NCBI GenBank assembly: GCA_030265395.1
Contig: JARFYF010000050.1
Span: forward strand, 20,032,802-20,096,801
From: Rhina ancylostomus
Taxonomy: Eukaryota
DNA length: 64,000 nucleotides
Direction: 5' to 3'
Shown: positions 1 through 12,907 of the stretch, in pieces
Layout: every line of letters starts with the position of its first letter
Numbering within the stretch: position 1 is the stretch's first letter
Notes under the pieces: model-generated
The model's input: the letters and a program-made list of their open reading frames with translations, nothing else
Databases searched by the model: none
What the model was told of the DNA's origin: nothing
Made by a program: the position numbers and the translations under genes

Positions 1-1084
1 AATGACTTAACAAGAACACTGACATAAATCTAGAACAAGATTAGTAGCACTACAGCAAGAGCAAGAATATTTTTATAGGCTCTTTTATTAATAGCTTACA
101 GATAAACGAAGTCCCTGTTGTGTCCTCTCAATTCAATTGGTTTAAAATCATTAGCATTTTATAATATATACTCTTGCAGAATAAATACAACTGAAATTGG
201 TCTTCAATCACATCACTGTGAATATCAATCAGTGTGTAGACCATTAATGGTTTTATTCACAAGAGCTTGATTGGGATTTAAAATTTCCACTCTATTCTTT
301 TAATTTCTGGAAGAGGGCAAGCCCATTAATTTGTCTGGTTTTCCTAATGAAATTCAGAAAGCTGGGTAAGACTCTAATGAGTGGAATTAGTGCCTTGTAA
401 CAGATGCAAGAACCGGGCATTAATGAAAACCATCTGCCACTTTCACTTATAAAAAAAATACCGCGCTGGGCCTTAATCGAATTAGCTGGCTCTCGATCAG
501 ATCATTGCAACAGATAGTCAAGAGAGCTCAGAACTCTCCATCTAAAAATGGAAACAAGGTAGTAAAGTTGTAAGGTGGTCCACGTTGCTGCGATTTGCTT
601 GAACCATCTGTGAACACACACACACAAATGAAGGAAATTAGAACAGTATGCAAAAAGTGGCTGCTGTTTCAATCCTGTATCCTGTAATACCACATAAGAA
701 CCTTCAAGTTATCCAAGATAAAAATGCTCTTAAGCCCAACTGACTGAATGAGAACAAACTCTGGGATTATTTATCATGTAAATTATATGAATCCCTTGGC
801 TATAAATGGTGCAGAACAATTTGCACCATTGGCACTTGAGGATCTAAAGCAGCATGTAACTGTTCCAAACCAACAGCCAAATTATTTGACATTTTCAAGA
901 GGTTACAGCCATATTTTGCCACATAGATTCTGCATTAGATAATCAAACTATTCAGCCAAAATTTCTGCAACAGTCTGAATGCACATTTTTGGGCTCACCT
1001 TCCTAGATGGGTGGAATGGGAAACAAGATGTTTGTATCTATCAGTTTTACTAAGTCTGACGTATTACTCAAGGTAAACTAAATC

Positions 1085-1368
1085 GTGTAGCGGTTAGCGT
1101 AACGCTTTACAGCATCAGTGACCTGGGTTCAGATCCGGCCACTGTCGGTAAGGAGTTTGTACGTTCTCCCTGTGTCTGTGTGGGTTTCCTCCACATGCTC
1201 TGGTTTCCTCCCACATTCCGAAGATGTACGGGTTAGGAAGTTGTGGGCATGCTATGTTGGCGCTGGAAGCATGGCGATACATGCGGGCTGCTCCCAGAAC
1301 ACTATGCAAAAATATGTATTTCACTGTGTGTTTCGAAGTACATGTGACTAATATGTTATCTCGTCTTA
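1085..1368 (+). mobile_element. tRNA-derived V-SINE, young subfamily (copy 1)
   Basis: tRNA-like head (gtagcggttagcg...gggttcagatcc), V-domain core (gagtttgtacgttctccctgtgtctgtgtgggtttcctcc...ggtttcctcccaca) and tail ttcactgtgtgtttcgaagtacatgtgactaat. Closely similar copies at 13132, 22550 and 35165. Confidence 0.9.
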
Positions 1369-4171
1369 AATCTCAGCTGAAAAACAGAATGGTTGAAGTA
1401 GCTCGTTGGGCAGCTGGACAAGTTGAGGGCCTAGATTTTGTGGCAGGAGCCATAATGAGGTTAACAGCACTCGCTGTCATTCTGGAGACTGTTTATGCAC
1501 GGCTAATCACAGAAATCCAAAGCAGTTGTCTTCCACAAGGACCTGCTATTGTCATCATAATGCAATGAATTGCCCAGTAGTTCCCCACCAAAGATGACAG
1601 TTAAAGTTAGGGCTGATGTATTCAGCAAATTTTACATGTGTAGTCTTAATATCTCAGAAGTTAAAGCATTTGAGGTCATAAAAATTACAGATTTTGTTAC
1701 TTTTTCTCTCTCGCTCTCAATACCATCTTATTTCCCTGTTCTTTACTTTGTTTTCTGTGCATCATTTAATTCTAATTTATATTTCCTGTTTTATACTTCT
1801 TGATTATACTCTGTGTGTCGCACTGCGGATTCTTTAGCCTGACTAGCTCAAGAGTCTTGCTGTTTCTTTTTCTGTTCAAAGACACCAAAGACCCCCTGTG
1901 GAGGAGCCCTGCAGGATCAGATGCTGGACTCAAGCAAATCTCTGCTCAAAAGCCTGTAGAATTTCTCTGGGCAACTGTCAGCAAGTTAAAGGGCCAGTAC
2001 CGTTTCTTTGCCAATGACAACAAAACCCAGCTGGTGAAGTTGAAGTTTTGCATAGCATTATTTCAGTTGCGAATTAAACTATACTTTTAATGTTTATCTA
2101 TCATACAGGATAGAATGTCAAGGGTGAGTGGAAAGCTAAGAGTTCGAGATACAGGAGGGAGACAAATCAAAGCATTTCTACCCCATGCAACAGCAAGTCA
2201 TGAACAGAAATTTATTTTAATTAAGTTGATGTTTAAACTGAGGCATCGCCGCTGGTTTAAAATGGTGATAGGTTAAAAGTTTCCAATGATGCTTTTATTT
2301 TAATGAGAAAAAAAGAGAGAAAACAACCATTGGACATGATTAAAATTCAAGCAAGAGATCAAGGGAAGCTTCATTGAAATTCTACTCCAGATAGTTACAC
2401 TAACTGCTGTTGAAGAATCAGTGAAATTTTCAGTGCAGTAGATGGTCAAAACTATCCTGTAAATTGTTCATTAATATCAAAAAGTTATTACTGGAGAACA
2501 TTAATATCACAAAAATAAAAATTAACAGGTTGGCTTTGCCACAAATAAAGTCGATATAAAATTACTCCCTCAGAGTATTTTCATACTGATTTCCAAATGC
2601 GCAACCAATTCTTCTGCAGGCAGAGTGCTAAAAGACATGAGTGGACTGAATTCTGTTGGGATTTTTCTGGTCACATCCCATAAATGCTCTAAGTGACCAA
2701 CTGATAGACTTCCACCAATCTTCTGCTGAAGTTATGTCAATTTTTGAAAAAGTTTGGAAAGATGCTTACAGAAATTGCTGCTCAAAGTTTTGCCTGCTGA
2801 TTTGACACAAAGATGAGCCTGCATTATTCAATGTTTATTTTACCTTCCAGTCAGGATAATCCATATAGACTGGTCAGCATAAGAAAATTGACAATTCCTT
2901 TTGTCAAAAATACTGGGATATAGAGGCTGAATGAGGAACAAAAAAATCTTTAAATGGAGATGGATATGTCACACAGAAAGTGTTTAATTGACCTGTAAGC
3001 ACAGACTAAATAGCAAGTGATCCGTCCTTGTTTGAAGAATTAGAATGTTCCTTGATTTTATATTTCAGGATCTTATTTTTCTTAAATTGTGATAGATTCC
3101 ATGGTCACCACCATATTACATCTCCCCAAATTGACTTCACAGTGTAAGAGATTTTAACAAAGTAATTTCAAGCACATTCAGACAAGGGTTTCAGTTAAAA
3201 AATTACCCTCACATGGATTTCAACACAAACATCAGAGTGGAGACTCTCTTCCTGAGGTGCAACTGATCAAACACAAAGTCTATGGCAGGAGTGTCAGAAA
3301 AAGGACCAATCATGAGGGCAGATGCTGTCATGCTTCAACTCAGCCCAAATTGCCAGTTAAGTGGTTTAATGGGCAAAAGAGTTGCACAGGCAGCTGTAGA
3401 GTTTATTCAAAATAGCAGCAGAGGCACCAGAAAAATGTGACCACTTTAACACATCTACACCAGGCTCCCAGTCATCGGGATTTCAAGCTTTACTTCTCCA
3501 TTGTCTCTTTAAGCTATCTTTTGCTTGAATAATCACACCTTCATTCTGCAAAAACTGTAATGCCACAAATAACATTTTCCTCATTGCATAAAACTCTACT
3601 GGTGTGACTGCAGATAAATTTTCCAGCTTAAGTGCCAAGAGCTTTTCATCCTTTTAACGCTTCAAATGATTTATTGAACCGACGTGCATGCATCAGATTC
3701 CAGAAACCTCATTCTCCATCATGAAAGCAAAGCAGAAAAAAAACAATGCAAGCATTTTGTCTCAAAGTGATATAACATTTTATTCCAAAGCACAGAAGCA
3801 ATTTCCAAAGTTAACTGCACACTAACTGCACAATAAACAAATGAATTTAACAAAGAACATTGACATGTTTCACCAATGTATCTTCGTAGATAACTTGTAA
3901 TTCATAACTTAAGCATGGGCAATATTTCTTTGCTATTTATAAAGAATTCAGAAATTTGAGTATAAAAATCAAATGAACAACTAAAATTCTGCTAAAGTAA
4001 TGAAAGGTGGATTTATCCCATTAACTCAAAGATCAACTGCTAAAATATACGTACTTTTATATATGCACACCTCCAGATGGATGAAAGCGAGCTCTGTTGG
4101 TAAATGAATAGAAACAGATAAAAAGATTGGGAGATATGCAGCAAAATTAGTATATTGTCATCCTCATTACT

Positions 4172-4373
4172 ACATTAGCACCTCCCAAAATCATGACCTC
4201 TAACCACAAGAAGGATGAAGCAAAAACTACTACCTGCAGGCTCAGCCCAGTTATACAAGCCTGGAAATATATCACCCTTCCTTCAACTTTGAAAGAGTGA
4301 CTGCAACAACTCAAGAAGGTGGTTCGACATCATCTTCTCAAGGGATGGGCAATAAAACACTGGCCTTGCTAAC
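4172..4373 (+). mobile_element. Old CR1-type LINE 3' end
   Basis: cctcccaaaatcatgacctctaaccacaagaagg...catcttctcaagggatgggcaataaa...ctggccttgc. An inverse copy of the same family lies at 57312-57575. Confidence 0.7.
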
Positions 4374-6321
4374 NNNNNNNNNNNNNNNNNNNNNNNNNNN
4401 NNNNNNNNNNNNNNNNNNNNNNNNNNNNNNNNNNNNNNNNNNNNNNNNNNNNNNNNNNNNNNNNNNNNNNNNNAATGCTCACTTTTTCAAAAATAATTAA
4501 AACAAAACACGAGAACCAGCAGGTAATGAATTACAGAGCCAAGAGGGACCCAGAGCAAATTTGATGCTGTCTACAATTGGGATCCACAAAATCCTCCAAA
4601 TTTACTGGAAGCTTAAGCAAACCAGTGCCAGTGTCCTTTCCGAGGGCATAGTTACAATCAGCTGACTCTGCTGGGTGAGCCGTGTTAATTACATGACTAA
4701 CAACTCCTGAAACTGAACTCTGACACGAGATTGTATTATCAGGTGACAGAGGAAACAATTCAAACATGTGTTCAATTTCTCCTTGAAAGAAAAATGGGAA
4801 TTTCTAGCCCATGACCACTCAAAGTGCATAAAGAGCATCTGAGATGGCACTGTGAACAGTGAAGCAATGCATCAGGAGTGCACAGAAGCCCCGTGTAAAC
4901 AAATGGAAAGAGTGCACCACCTCAAACAAGCAGCAACAGACACTTCCTGCCCCATCTGTACAAGAGCCTATGAACTCCACATTGCCTCATTATCACCTCA
5001 GAACTCACAAAACCTGAATAGAAGTATCTTCCATCCCAAGGAAGAGCCTTAGAAGAGAACAAACATTTATTTTCTTTACACAGGTTCCCTCTAATCTCCC
5101 CCATTAGTGGGGTGGGGTGAAGAGTAGGAATATGGTAGGAAATTCCAATTTTTTGACTGAGTCAGACACCATCCTGACTTTGACACTGCACCATCACCAC
5201 AAGGACCAAAGATGGCGAACGGTGAATGCCTCCTGCCAATGGAGATGGGGAATAAAGACCTGGCCCAGATCGCAGAAATTGCTTGGAAAAATACTAAAGC
5301 TTTTGGAATATAGGTCTGTGGTAAATTATAAATGTCAAATTCACCCATTCCAACTCCCTCAGAATCTACTGAGATGCTACTACTTCTATAATAGCTGGTG
5401 TCATGGAAATATTGACAAAGAACTTGAGGAGTTCTTGACTTCTTATTGCACATCTCACTCTCAATGTCTGCCCAGCACCTCAACTCCCCAAAATGTTGTG
5501 ATTTTTAAACCATCATTTGCACATCATCAAAATTATTTGTTGTTACTTTCCTTATGTTAATTTGTCACATCAAATAAAATTAAACTACATGGCCAATAGG
5601 CAAAAGCCATTTTCTCACCGACTTAGTGGCATCAATTTTAAAGTTTTCATTAATAACTACTTGTTTCAAAGGCTGACCTGATAACATTTGCAACATTTTC
5701 AATACAGACTGGTGAAAGAAATTGGGACTTTTGTGACAAGCTGTACATTGAATTAGTCTGTCACACCATTGTCCTGTCAATGTTTTAGAACCAATATTTC
5801 AATAGCATGGCTGCCTTCAAGGAACCCATACAAGGCACTTACACACATAACTATGAGCATATTGAAAATGTTGTGCCTGTATCTACATCAACAGTGACAC
5901 CTCTGGTAGGAGTGTGCCATTATAAGGTGGCAAGTTTACAGAGATACTTCGATTACAAATGTGAATGTCAGAATTTAAAATAGAAATGCAAAATTACATT
6001 AGTGCATAGTGTTCAATTATCACCTTCTCTCACATCTCAATTCATTTGAAATTTGTACCTCACCTTGTCTATCCATCTGTAATGATACAGAAGACTAAAC
6101 AGTACATGTACTCATCTATTATTAAAAATCTTTATATTTGTACACATTTGCAGTCTACAGAGCCATATTTCCAGTTATCAACTTCACCCAGAATAAATTC
6201 CAAGTCCACATTTATAAAGGCTGTTAAGTTGGTGTGTGGTAACTACAAACTCCCACCAACAACATGGCAGCCCAGTGTTATGATTCAAGATCTTCAGCCT
6301 CAACTGGACTCGCATATGTAA

Positions 6322-6480
6322 GTGAAAAACACTCTGATGCTAGAGGAACTCAGCAGGCCAGGCAGCATCCGTGGAGAAAAGCAGGCAGTCAGTGCTTCAG
6401 GTCAGGACCTTTCTTCAAGACCTTCTTCCTGACCCAAAACATTGACCACCTGTTTTTCTCCACGGATGCTGCCTGGCCTG
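6322..6480. mobile_element. Penelope-terminus-derived fold-back element
   Basis: gaggaactcagcaggccaggcagcatccgtggag terminus. Arms 6354-6407 and 6427-6480 are reverse complements, with the outer 27 bp perfect. Confidence 0.8.
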
Positions 6481-7897
6481 TTTTTAGTGACTGTTGCTTA
6501 CTAAATGCCATAAACGTTTGGCTGTTTTCCACTTGAGCAATATAATCCACTCTTGGTTTGGAACATGGAGCAGGGTACCATATACGTGCATGTTGAATGG
6601 TTTTTTGCTGATAAAGACCAAAAATAAAGCACTAAAGGCCTAATGTGACATATCAGGTTTTTTTTCTTGAATAAAACTCCAGCTTGATGTAAAAATGCCA
6701 AATGTTGCCTTTATTTTTTTTCTTTTAAGCTGTGCATGTTGGCTGTTGACCAATATGTGGGGAGTAATGGTCAGTGGCATGATCAGGGTGAAAAAAAACA
6801 GGAGAATAAATATAGCAATGAGGTGATAATCCAAAGATGTGTGGAATCCTGTGAAAGAAGGGGAAGATTTTGCTAAAATTGCTCAGTTGGAAAGATTTTG
6901 TTCCAGAGGCTGTGAAGTCTAGCAGAAACTTTGTGAGTGGCCTCTAGTACTTAACCAGGCACTAAAACAAAGTCAATGGGACATTGTGACTAACAGGATT
7001 ACTTCTGGTGCTAAACCCATTTCCTGGCAGATTGCAGAGTTGGCCTGCTTCAGCTCCTGTGCATGTTTGAATACAGCAGCACCATGAAAGATAAAATCCA
7101 CTTTCTCCCTGAAAGAAGCAGAGTTAAGGCCATGTTCAGCAATTAGCAGGAAGCCCGTGTGTTTTCACCTAAAATCAGTGAAAGGAGATGTCAAATCACG
7201 GAGCAACTTCACCATGTAGCTTCTAGAGTCGGTGCCCAAACATATCAGCACATGACTGTTGTTATTCCAACATATTTGCATTTATGAAGACCAAAAGTTG
7301 ATGCATCTCACTGACTGAAGTTTTCAGTAACCAAAATTAACACGTTTTGCAAACACTGATGAAAACCAATAAACCCACCAAACTGAACCACAATTAAAAA
7401 CTGAATCACAATTCAAGCCCTAGATGTATCGTATCTGTACAGAGTTGATATTAGTACCATTGGCTTCAAGGTTTTGCATTGTTTCTTGGAGGTTTTTGTT
7501 AACTTTGAATAGTGGTGGGAACTAGGAGCACAAATTGTGGCTGAGGCCAGGCTCGATCCACTGCTGGCCCTTCCACAGTCCTTGTGTTTCTGGTGGTGAA
7601 CGAGTGGATGTTGCAGAGAACACTTTGACCATGTGTTTATTTTGGAACTGGCTGCAAAGTGGATCACAGAGCTCACGGGGGTTCCTCACTGCTGGTTCAG
7701 TCTCATTCTCACTCTCAATCTCCATCCACTCTTACTCTGCCTCCCTGTTAGTCTCTCTTAATGCTCTCTCTTTCTCTCTTGTTACCTTTGGTCTCTCTAA
7801 TTCTGCCTTGTTATTCTCCACCCCTTGTTTCTCTTACATTTCTTAATGTTTCTCTTGTTTCTCGTTACTCTCTCATAATTTTATAAACCTCTACGTT

Positions 7898-8250
7898 ATG
7901 GAAGTACATAGAGTAATGAGGGGCATAGATAGGGTAGATAGTCTTTTTCCCAGTACTGTGAAGTCTAGAACGAGAGGGCACAGATTTAAGGTGAGAGGGG
8001 AGAAGTTTAAAGGTGATTTGAGGGCTAGGTTTTTCACACAGAGGTTGGTAGGTATATGGAACAAACATGTGAGGAGTTGGTAGAGGCAGATACAATGACA
8101 CCATTTAAAAGGCATTTGGATAGGCTCTTGGATCGGAGTAGAGGGATATGGGCCAAAGGCAAGCTAACAGGATTAGCGTAGATAGGCATCACGGTCCGCA
8201 TGGACAAGTGGGCTGAAGGGCCTGTTCCTGTGCTGTACAGCTCTGATTCT
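7898..8250 (+). mobile_element. CR1 LINE 3' fragment (ORF2 C-terminus and 3' UTR)
   Basis: Translates EVHRVMRGIDRVDSLFP..SRTRGHRFKVRGEKFKGDLRARFFTQRLVGIWN, the typical CR1 ORF2 tail. Followed by the 3' UTR gggctgaagggcctgttcctgtgctgtac. Confidence 0.9.
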
Positions 8251-8714
8251 GTGGCTCTCCTACTTTTTCATTACCCTCTCATGCTCCCTCATTTTTCCCT
8301 CCTTGTTTTTCTCTCAGTCATTACACTTTCTCAGTCCACTGCCTCTCTCCTATTTTTCTCTCTCTCTCACGAGATTCTTTATTGTTAATTTGCAAAGGAA
8401 CTCAATCAGTAGTATTTGGACCTCAAAATTGTGGTATGTCTAGTGCAAGAACTATGCCAGAACACTACAACACTAAAAGTAATCAAATAAATGGTTACTT
8501 GAAAGCTGCTGGTTACTTGGTCTGTAAACTCAGAACGGCATTGTAAATAATTTTGTTCATGTACAAGAAGTAATATATGGAGTTTCACAGATTTTTTTTT
8601 ATCTATTTGCAAGATATCTGAGTCACAGGCAAGGCTCACATTTATTGTTTAATTCATGTTGTCCTTGGGCAATGGTGGCGAACCATCTTCGTGATCAATA
8701 CGAAATGTTGTGGT

Positions 8715-8900
8715 GCATCATTCCAGCATAAAAGGAGCCCATTTGGGCCATCAGTCCTGTATTGGCTCTTTTGTAAATCTGCTATTTCCATTACCCCACT
8801 CTTTCCCAGAGCCCTGCAAATCATTTTCTCTTTACTTCCTCCATGGTTCCCTTTTTGAAAGCCGTGATTGACTGTTTCCACCATCATAAAAGGCAGTGAG
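8715..8900 (-). mobile_element. Old CR1 3' fragment
   Basis: Reverse-complement CR1 3' UTR pattern (ggagcccatttgggccatc...gagccctgcaaat...ttccaccatc...ggcagtgagtt). Confidence 0.6.
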
Positions 8901-8911
8901 TTTTGGGTCAA

Positions 8912-9345
8912 ACACAAATAGTCATACAGCATGGAAACAGGCCACTTGGTCTACCATGTCCACATTGATCAGTGTGCATCCAGCTGCACTAACCCCATCT
9001 TCCAGCACTTGGCCCCCATGGCCTTCTGATTCTGAGCAATTGAAGTGTTTGTCTAGCCACCTCTTAAATGCTGTCAGTGACTCTGCTTCCATCACTCTCT
9101 CCAGCAGTGCAATCTCTTGGTGAAAAAAGTCCCTCTCAGATCCTCACTAAATTTCTTCCTCCTTACCCTAAATCTATGTCATCTAGTTTTATTCACCTCT
9201 GACAAGGAAAGGTCTTCTGCAGCCTGTATACCTCAACTATCCCCCTCATAACATCCTCCACTTCAGGGGGAACAGACCTATCCTGTGCGTCCTCTCCAGC
9301 ACTATCCCCTCTTTCCTATAGGGTGGTGACCGGACCTACACACAG
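8912..9345 (-). mobile_element. CR1 LINE 3' fragment with internal deletions
   Basis: catacagcatggaaacaggcc...cttaccctaaatctatgtc...ggtggtgaccggacctacacacag. Runs into an N gap. Confidence 0.8.
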
Positions 9346-9445
9346 NNNNNNNNNNNNNNNNNNNNNNNNNNNNNNNNNNNNNNNNNNNNNNNNNNNNNNN
9401 NNNNNNNNNNNNNNNNNNNNNNNNNNNNNNNNNNNNNNNNNNNNN

Positions 9446-9640
9446 CAGGACTGTTCATCTTGTGGATTTTGAGGAGGATCTAGAAGCGGGCAGTCCTAGG
9501 TTGCAGAACTATACGTTGGTAGCTGTGGGGTTGGGGGGTGGTGGGAATGAGATCAGTGATGGTGTGGGAAATAATGTCCTGGTGGTCCTTGGTGGGGTCA
9601 TGGTTCAGGGGTAGGTAGGAGGAAGTGTCCAAGAGTCAGC
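9446..9640 (-). mobile_element. Penelope-like element reverse-transcriptase fragment (decayed)
   Basis: Minus strand reads LDTSSYLPLNHDPTKDHQDIISHTITDLI...QPRTARF*ILLKIHK, matching the Penelope RT N-terminal motif (QLSDTSSY.PL..DPT...PRTARFYLLPKIHK). Confidence 0.85.
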
Positions 9641-11334
9641 ATTTCTCTTCTCTCGCATATATAAGTTTTGTGTTCAGGCCACCACCAACATAATTAGAAA
9701 ATACGAATGTGGCATTCAGCCTATTATGTGACAGAGTAAAAGTTCCCCCATCCTGCGTCCTGATTGCATCACTCTGCTATAACTTCAGTGCTGTGGAGAT
9801 AATGGACTGCACCAATCTTTAAAAGAGGACTATATTAAGTTCTGAGTACGACAAGATTTTAAGTGCCAGCCAAGTTGTTAGCAACATAGCTAATATCAAG
9901 CTAATATGGAATGGAAAATATTCTGTGTGATATTTAAAATGCTAGTGCTTATTTTGGTTTTATTTTGTTGATATTACAGTAGCTAAAATAGTCAAGTCTT
10001 TAGAGGAGTTTTATTACTGTAATTTTAGGGTTTTGTTCTGATGTAAAGTGCATGACTGAAAACTTTATTTTTAAAAAGAGGTCAGCCCAGGGAGACCCAA
10101 TCTTCCCCAGAAATGCCATCAATCTTCACATTAATATGATTAAAGTTTTTCTATACTTATTTATAAATGTGTCTGCACAAGTCAGAATCAACCCTGTTCA
10201 ATAAAATAAACACTTGCTTAACATTTCTGTCTTAAAATGTAGGTAACAATAACCATCCATATCACAGATGTAGTCTGTCTTTCTGCTCCACCTCTTTTCA
10301 CAGGAATTAGGTTTAATTACACCCACTCACCTGTCAGCCAAGTCAAGATAATTACTCTGAGACAATAAAGAGTTTCCACCTGTTGTCAAGGAAATGTTTC
10401 TTGCTCAGTATTAATGTAACAATCAAGCCGTTGTTATGATGCGTAATTAATGAATTGCATGCATGTGTTGTGNNNNNNNNNNNNNNNNNNNNNNNNNNNN
10501 NNNNNNNNNNNNNNNNNNNNNNNNNNNNNNNNNNNNNNNNNNNNNNNNNNNNNNNNNNNNNNNNNNNNNNNNATGCATGTGTTGTGGAGAGAAATGGCAG
10601 GTAGTGTTTCCTTTTTGTCTGTATACAATCTTTGGGCAGTGTTCACACATTACTGTCCAAGGCAAGATGATGCATAAACTGAAGAAAATAAAGAAAATGA
10701 ATAATATCCTTTCTAAGAAATGTAGGGGCACTAGGTAAATTTAGTTTATGAAATCTAAGGCAGTTCCTTGGTGGATACAAATCACAGCACTAAAAATAAG
10801 TTTTATTCCAAAGCAAAGTGGTAAAGGAGACCAAAACTGCTTTTGGTGTGACAGATACTGCAGTTAAAGAGAACTGTGACAGTAGTTTGTTCTTCTCTGG
10901 ACTGCTCCAGCACTTGAAGCGACATACCTGGTGACCAATCTGACAGACAAGTATCATGCATCTCATTGACACTCGAAGATGCAAGATACGCACATTCTCT
11001 CACGGACTTCTATTGAAGACACCAACAAATGAAAAGCATTCAATCCCTGCCACTTTTGGGACATTCTGTCCAGTTCTTATAAGTGATAAATTCTCCAATG
11101 CTTTTTAGAGGTAATTAATGTCAGGAGTCCTTTGACTTCCTGTGATTGGACTTCTGTTCCCCTGGTGAGATCAGGATCTGAGGTACGACTCCAAGTCAGA
11201 ATGCCAAATGCATGCAATATGTGATTAAACTTACTTAAACTCTGTAATAGTCCCAGTTTCTACCACCACCTTTGCTCATTTGCAAAAGCCCCTCATCCTC
11301 ATCTTGGTAAGCTCTAAACTTGAACATCCATGCT

Positions 11335-11515
11335 GTATAACTCTACGAACTCTAACTCAGTCCTCCCCGGGTGACATCCCATTCAACACCTGATCTCAAC
11401 CAAGACTCTGCTGTCTGTATCCTAACATCATCCATTTGACATGTGCTCACTGATTTAAATTGGCTCCCAGACTTGACTTTAGAATACTCATCCTAGGTTT
11501 CAAATCTGTTCTTGA
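11335..11515 (+). mobile_element. L2 LINE ORF2 C-terminal relic
   Basis: gtgctcactgatttaaattggctccca = VLTDLNWLP and gactttagaatactcatcctaggtttcaaatct = DFRILILGFKS, the L2 motif L..LHWLP...DFKIL.LVFK. Confidence 0.7.
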
Positions 11516-11584
11516 GGGTCATTCTTTTGGAGTTAATTATTTAATGCATTCCTCCTAACTTTTAATCATTTAGATCAATTATAA

Positions 11585-12050
11585 CTGAATCACATAAATT
11601 TGGGTATAGAGCATATTCAACTCATCCTATCCATGTTGGCCTACGAGGCTACTCTAACCCAACTTACAGATCCTCGTCTGGAGACTCACAGAACACAAGC
11701 AAATAGCAACAGTAGGCCACCAGGCCCTCGACACCTGCTCCACCATTTAATCTGATGATGGCTGATCTCTGGTGGCCTCAACTTGTCTTCTGTGCCATTT
11801 CTCAATACCCCTCCATTCCTCAATCTATCAAATTTTATCCATCTCCACTTTAAATACTCCTTTAAATGATCCAGCTTTCATCATACACCAGGACAGATAA
11901 TTCCACAGATCCTGGCATCTCAAATGATCATACAAGCACCTCTTAAATGTAGTTAGGAGTTTCCATCCGTCATTCTTTAAGATGCTGGGTTCCAGAACCC
12001 TCCACCCTGAGATGAAAAAGACTTTTCCTACTTCCTTTAATCCACCTCCC
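11585..12050 (-). mobile_element. Two CR1 3' fragments, one (11685-11910) apparently nested in an older one
   Basis: Inner piece: gtaggccaccaggccctcg...ccatttaatctgatgatggctgatct...ttccacagatc. The flanks continue an older CR1 3' UTR (catattcaactcatcctatccatg...cacctcttaaatg...ttccagaaccctccaccc). Confidence 0.6.
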
Positions 12051-12176
12051 TTTTAATAAAATAGTTAATATCACATGGTTCTTGGACTGCCATTAAACCA
12101 GTATATTTTCTATATGTAAAATAAATTGCCATTATTTTCACAGAGATATCACAGAGACACAAAGAATTAGCTGCTA

Positions 12177-12234
12177 TACATAGAGGCAGAGAGAATTCTC
12201 TGGATTACAGAGAGGCAGAGAGAAATCTCTGCAT
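12177..12234. repeat. 29-bp tandem duplication
   Basis: tacatagaggcagagagaattctctggat / tacagagaggcagagagaaatctctgcat. Confidence 0.85.
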
Positions 12235-12907
12235 TCGGTGGACTCAGCCCCTCTGGTGAAGTATTGGCCTTTTACAATGAAATATTTTCAAGCTGATCCC
12301 AAGTTATTAGTATTTGAAGTAGCACAATTTTTCCATCAGGCATTTTTGTTGCACCATATTTTAATACAAAGCAGTGTTGAAGAACTATACTGAGGCAGAA
12401 CGTTTGATTTTAATTAAACCCACGCAGCAGTAATTGATTTGTACTCAAATCACTTGCTGCCCGGTTAGAACTCTGCAAATCTTCCTTTCTTTCCGTTATA
12501 TTTACAGGTGGTTCTGACAGGGCAATCCTGGTACCAGTCTAAAACAAGGGGAAGCCTTCCATTATAATTGATCTGAATAATTAAAGTTACCTGTCAAAAT
12601 AGCGATGCTGAAAACAAGGATGAAAATTTTCAAGTCGTGGGGTCAAATGACATACATAAGACCCCAACGCAACCGAGACAAAACTAGGTGAAACCTATGA
12701 CCTACACAGTTTGCGTAGTGGAACTGGGTGATAAAAAGAGAGGAGCTTCAAAATTGATAGGGGAGGATTACAGGCAGCCCTGGTACAAGTTCCCCACTCC
12801 ACTACCCCCTCCACTCCCTGGCACTTTGCCTTATACCTCACCACCAAGACCAGTTACGTACCCCATCAGCCTTCTGATTACCCAATATTATGTCAGTTTA
12901 ATCAGAG

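Noticed and set aside
1085-1140. tRNA gene
   Set aside because: The tRNA-like A/B boxes are the SINE head; there is no full cloverleaf.
10459-10586. Direct repeat atgcatgtgttgtg flanking 100 N
   Set aside because: Identical sequence on both sides of a 100-N gap indicates overlapping contig ends. The same pattern occurs at 25571/25683, 51874/51981 and 63738/63891.
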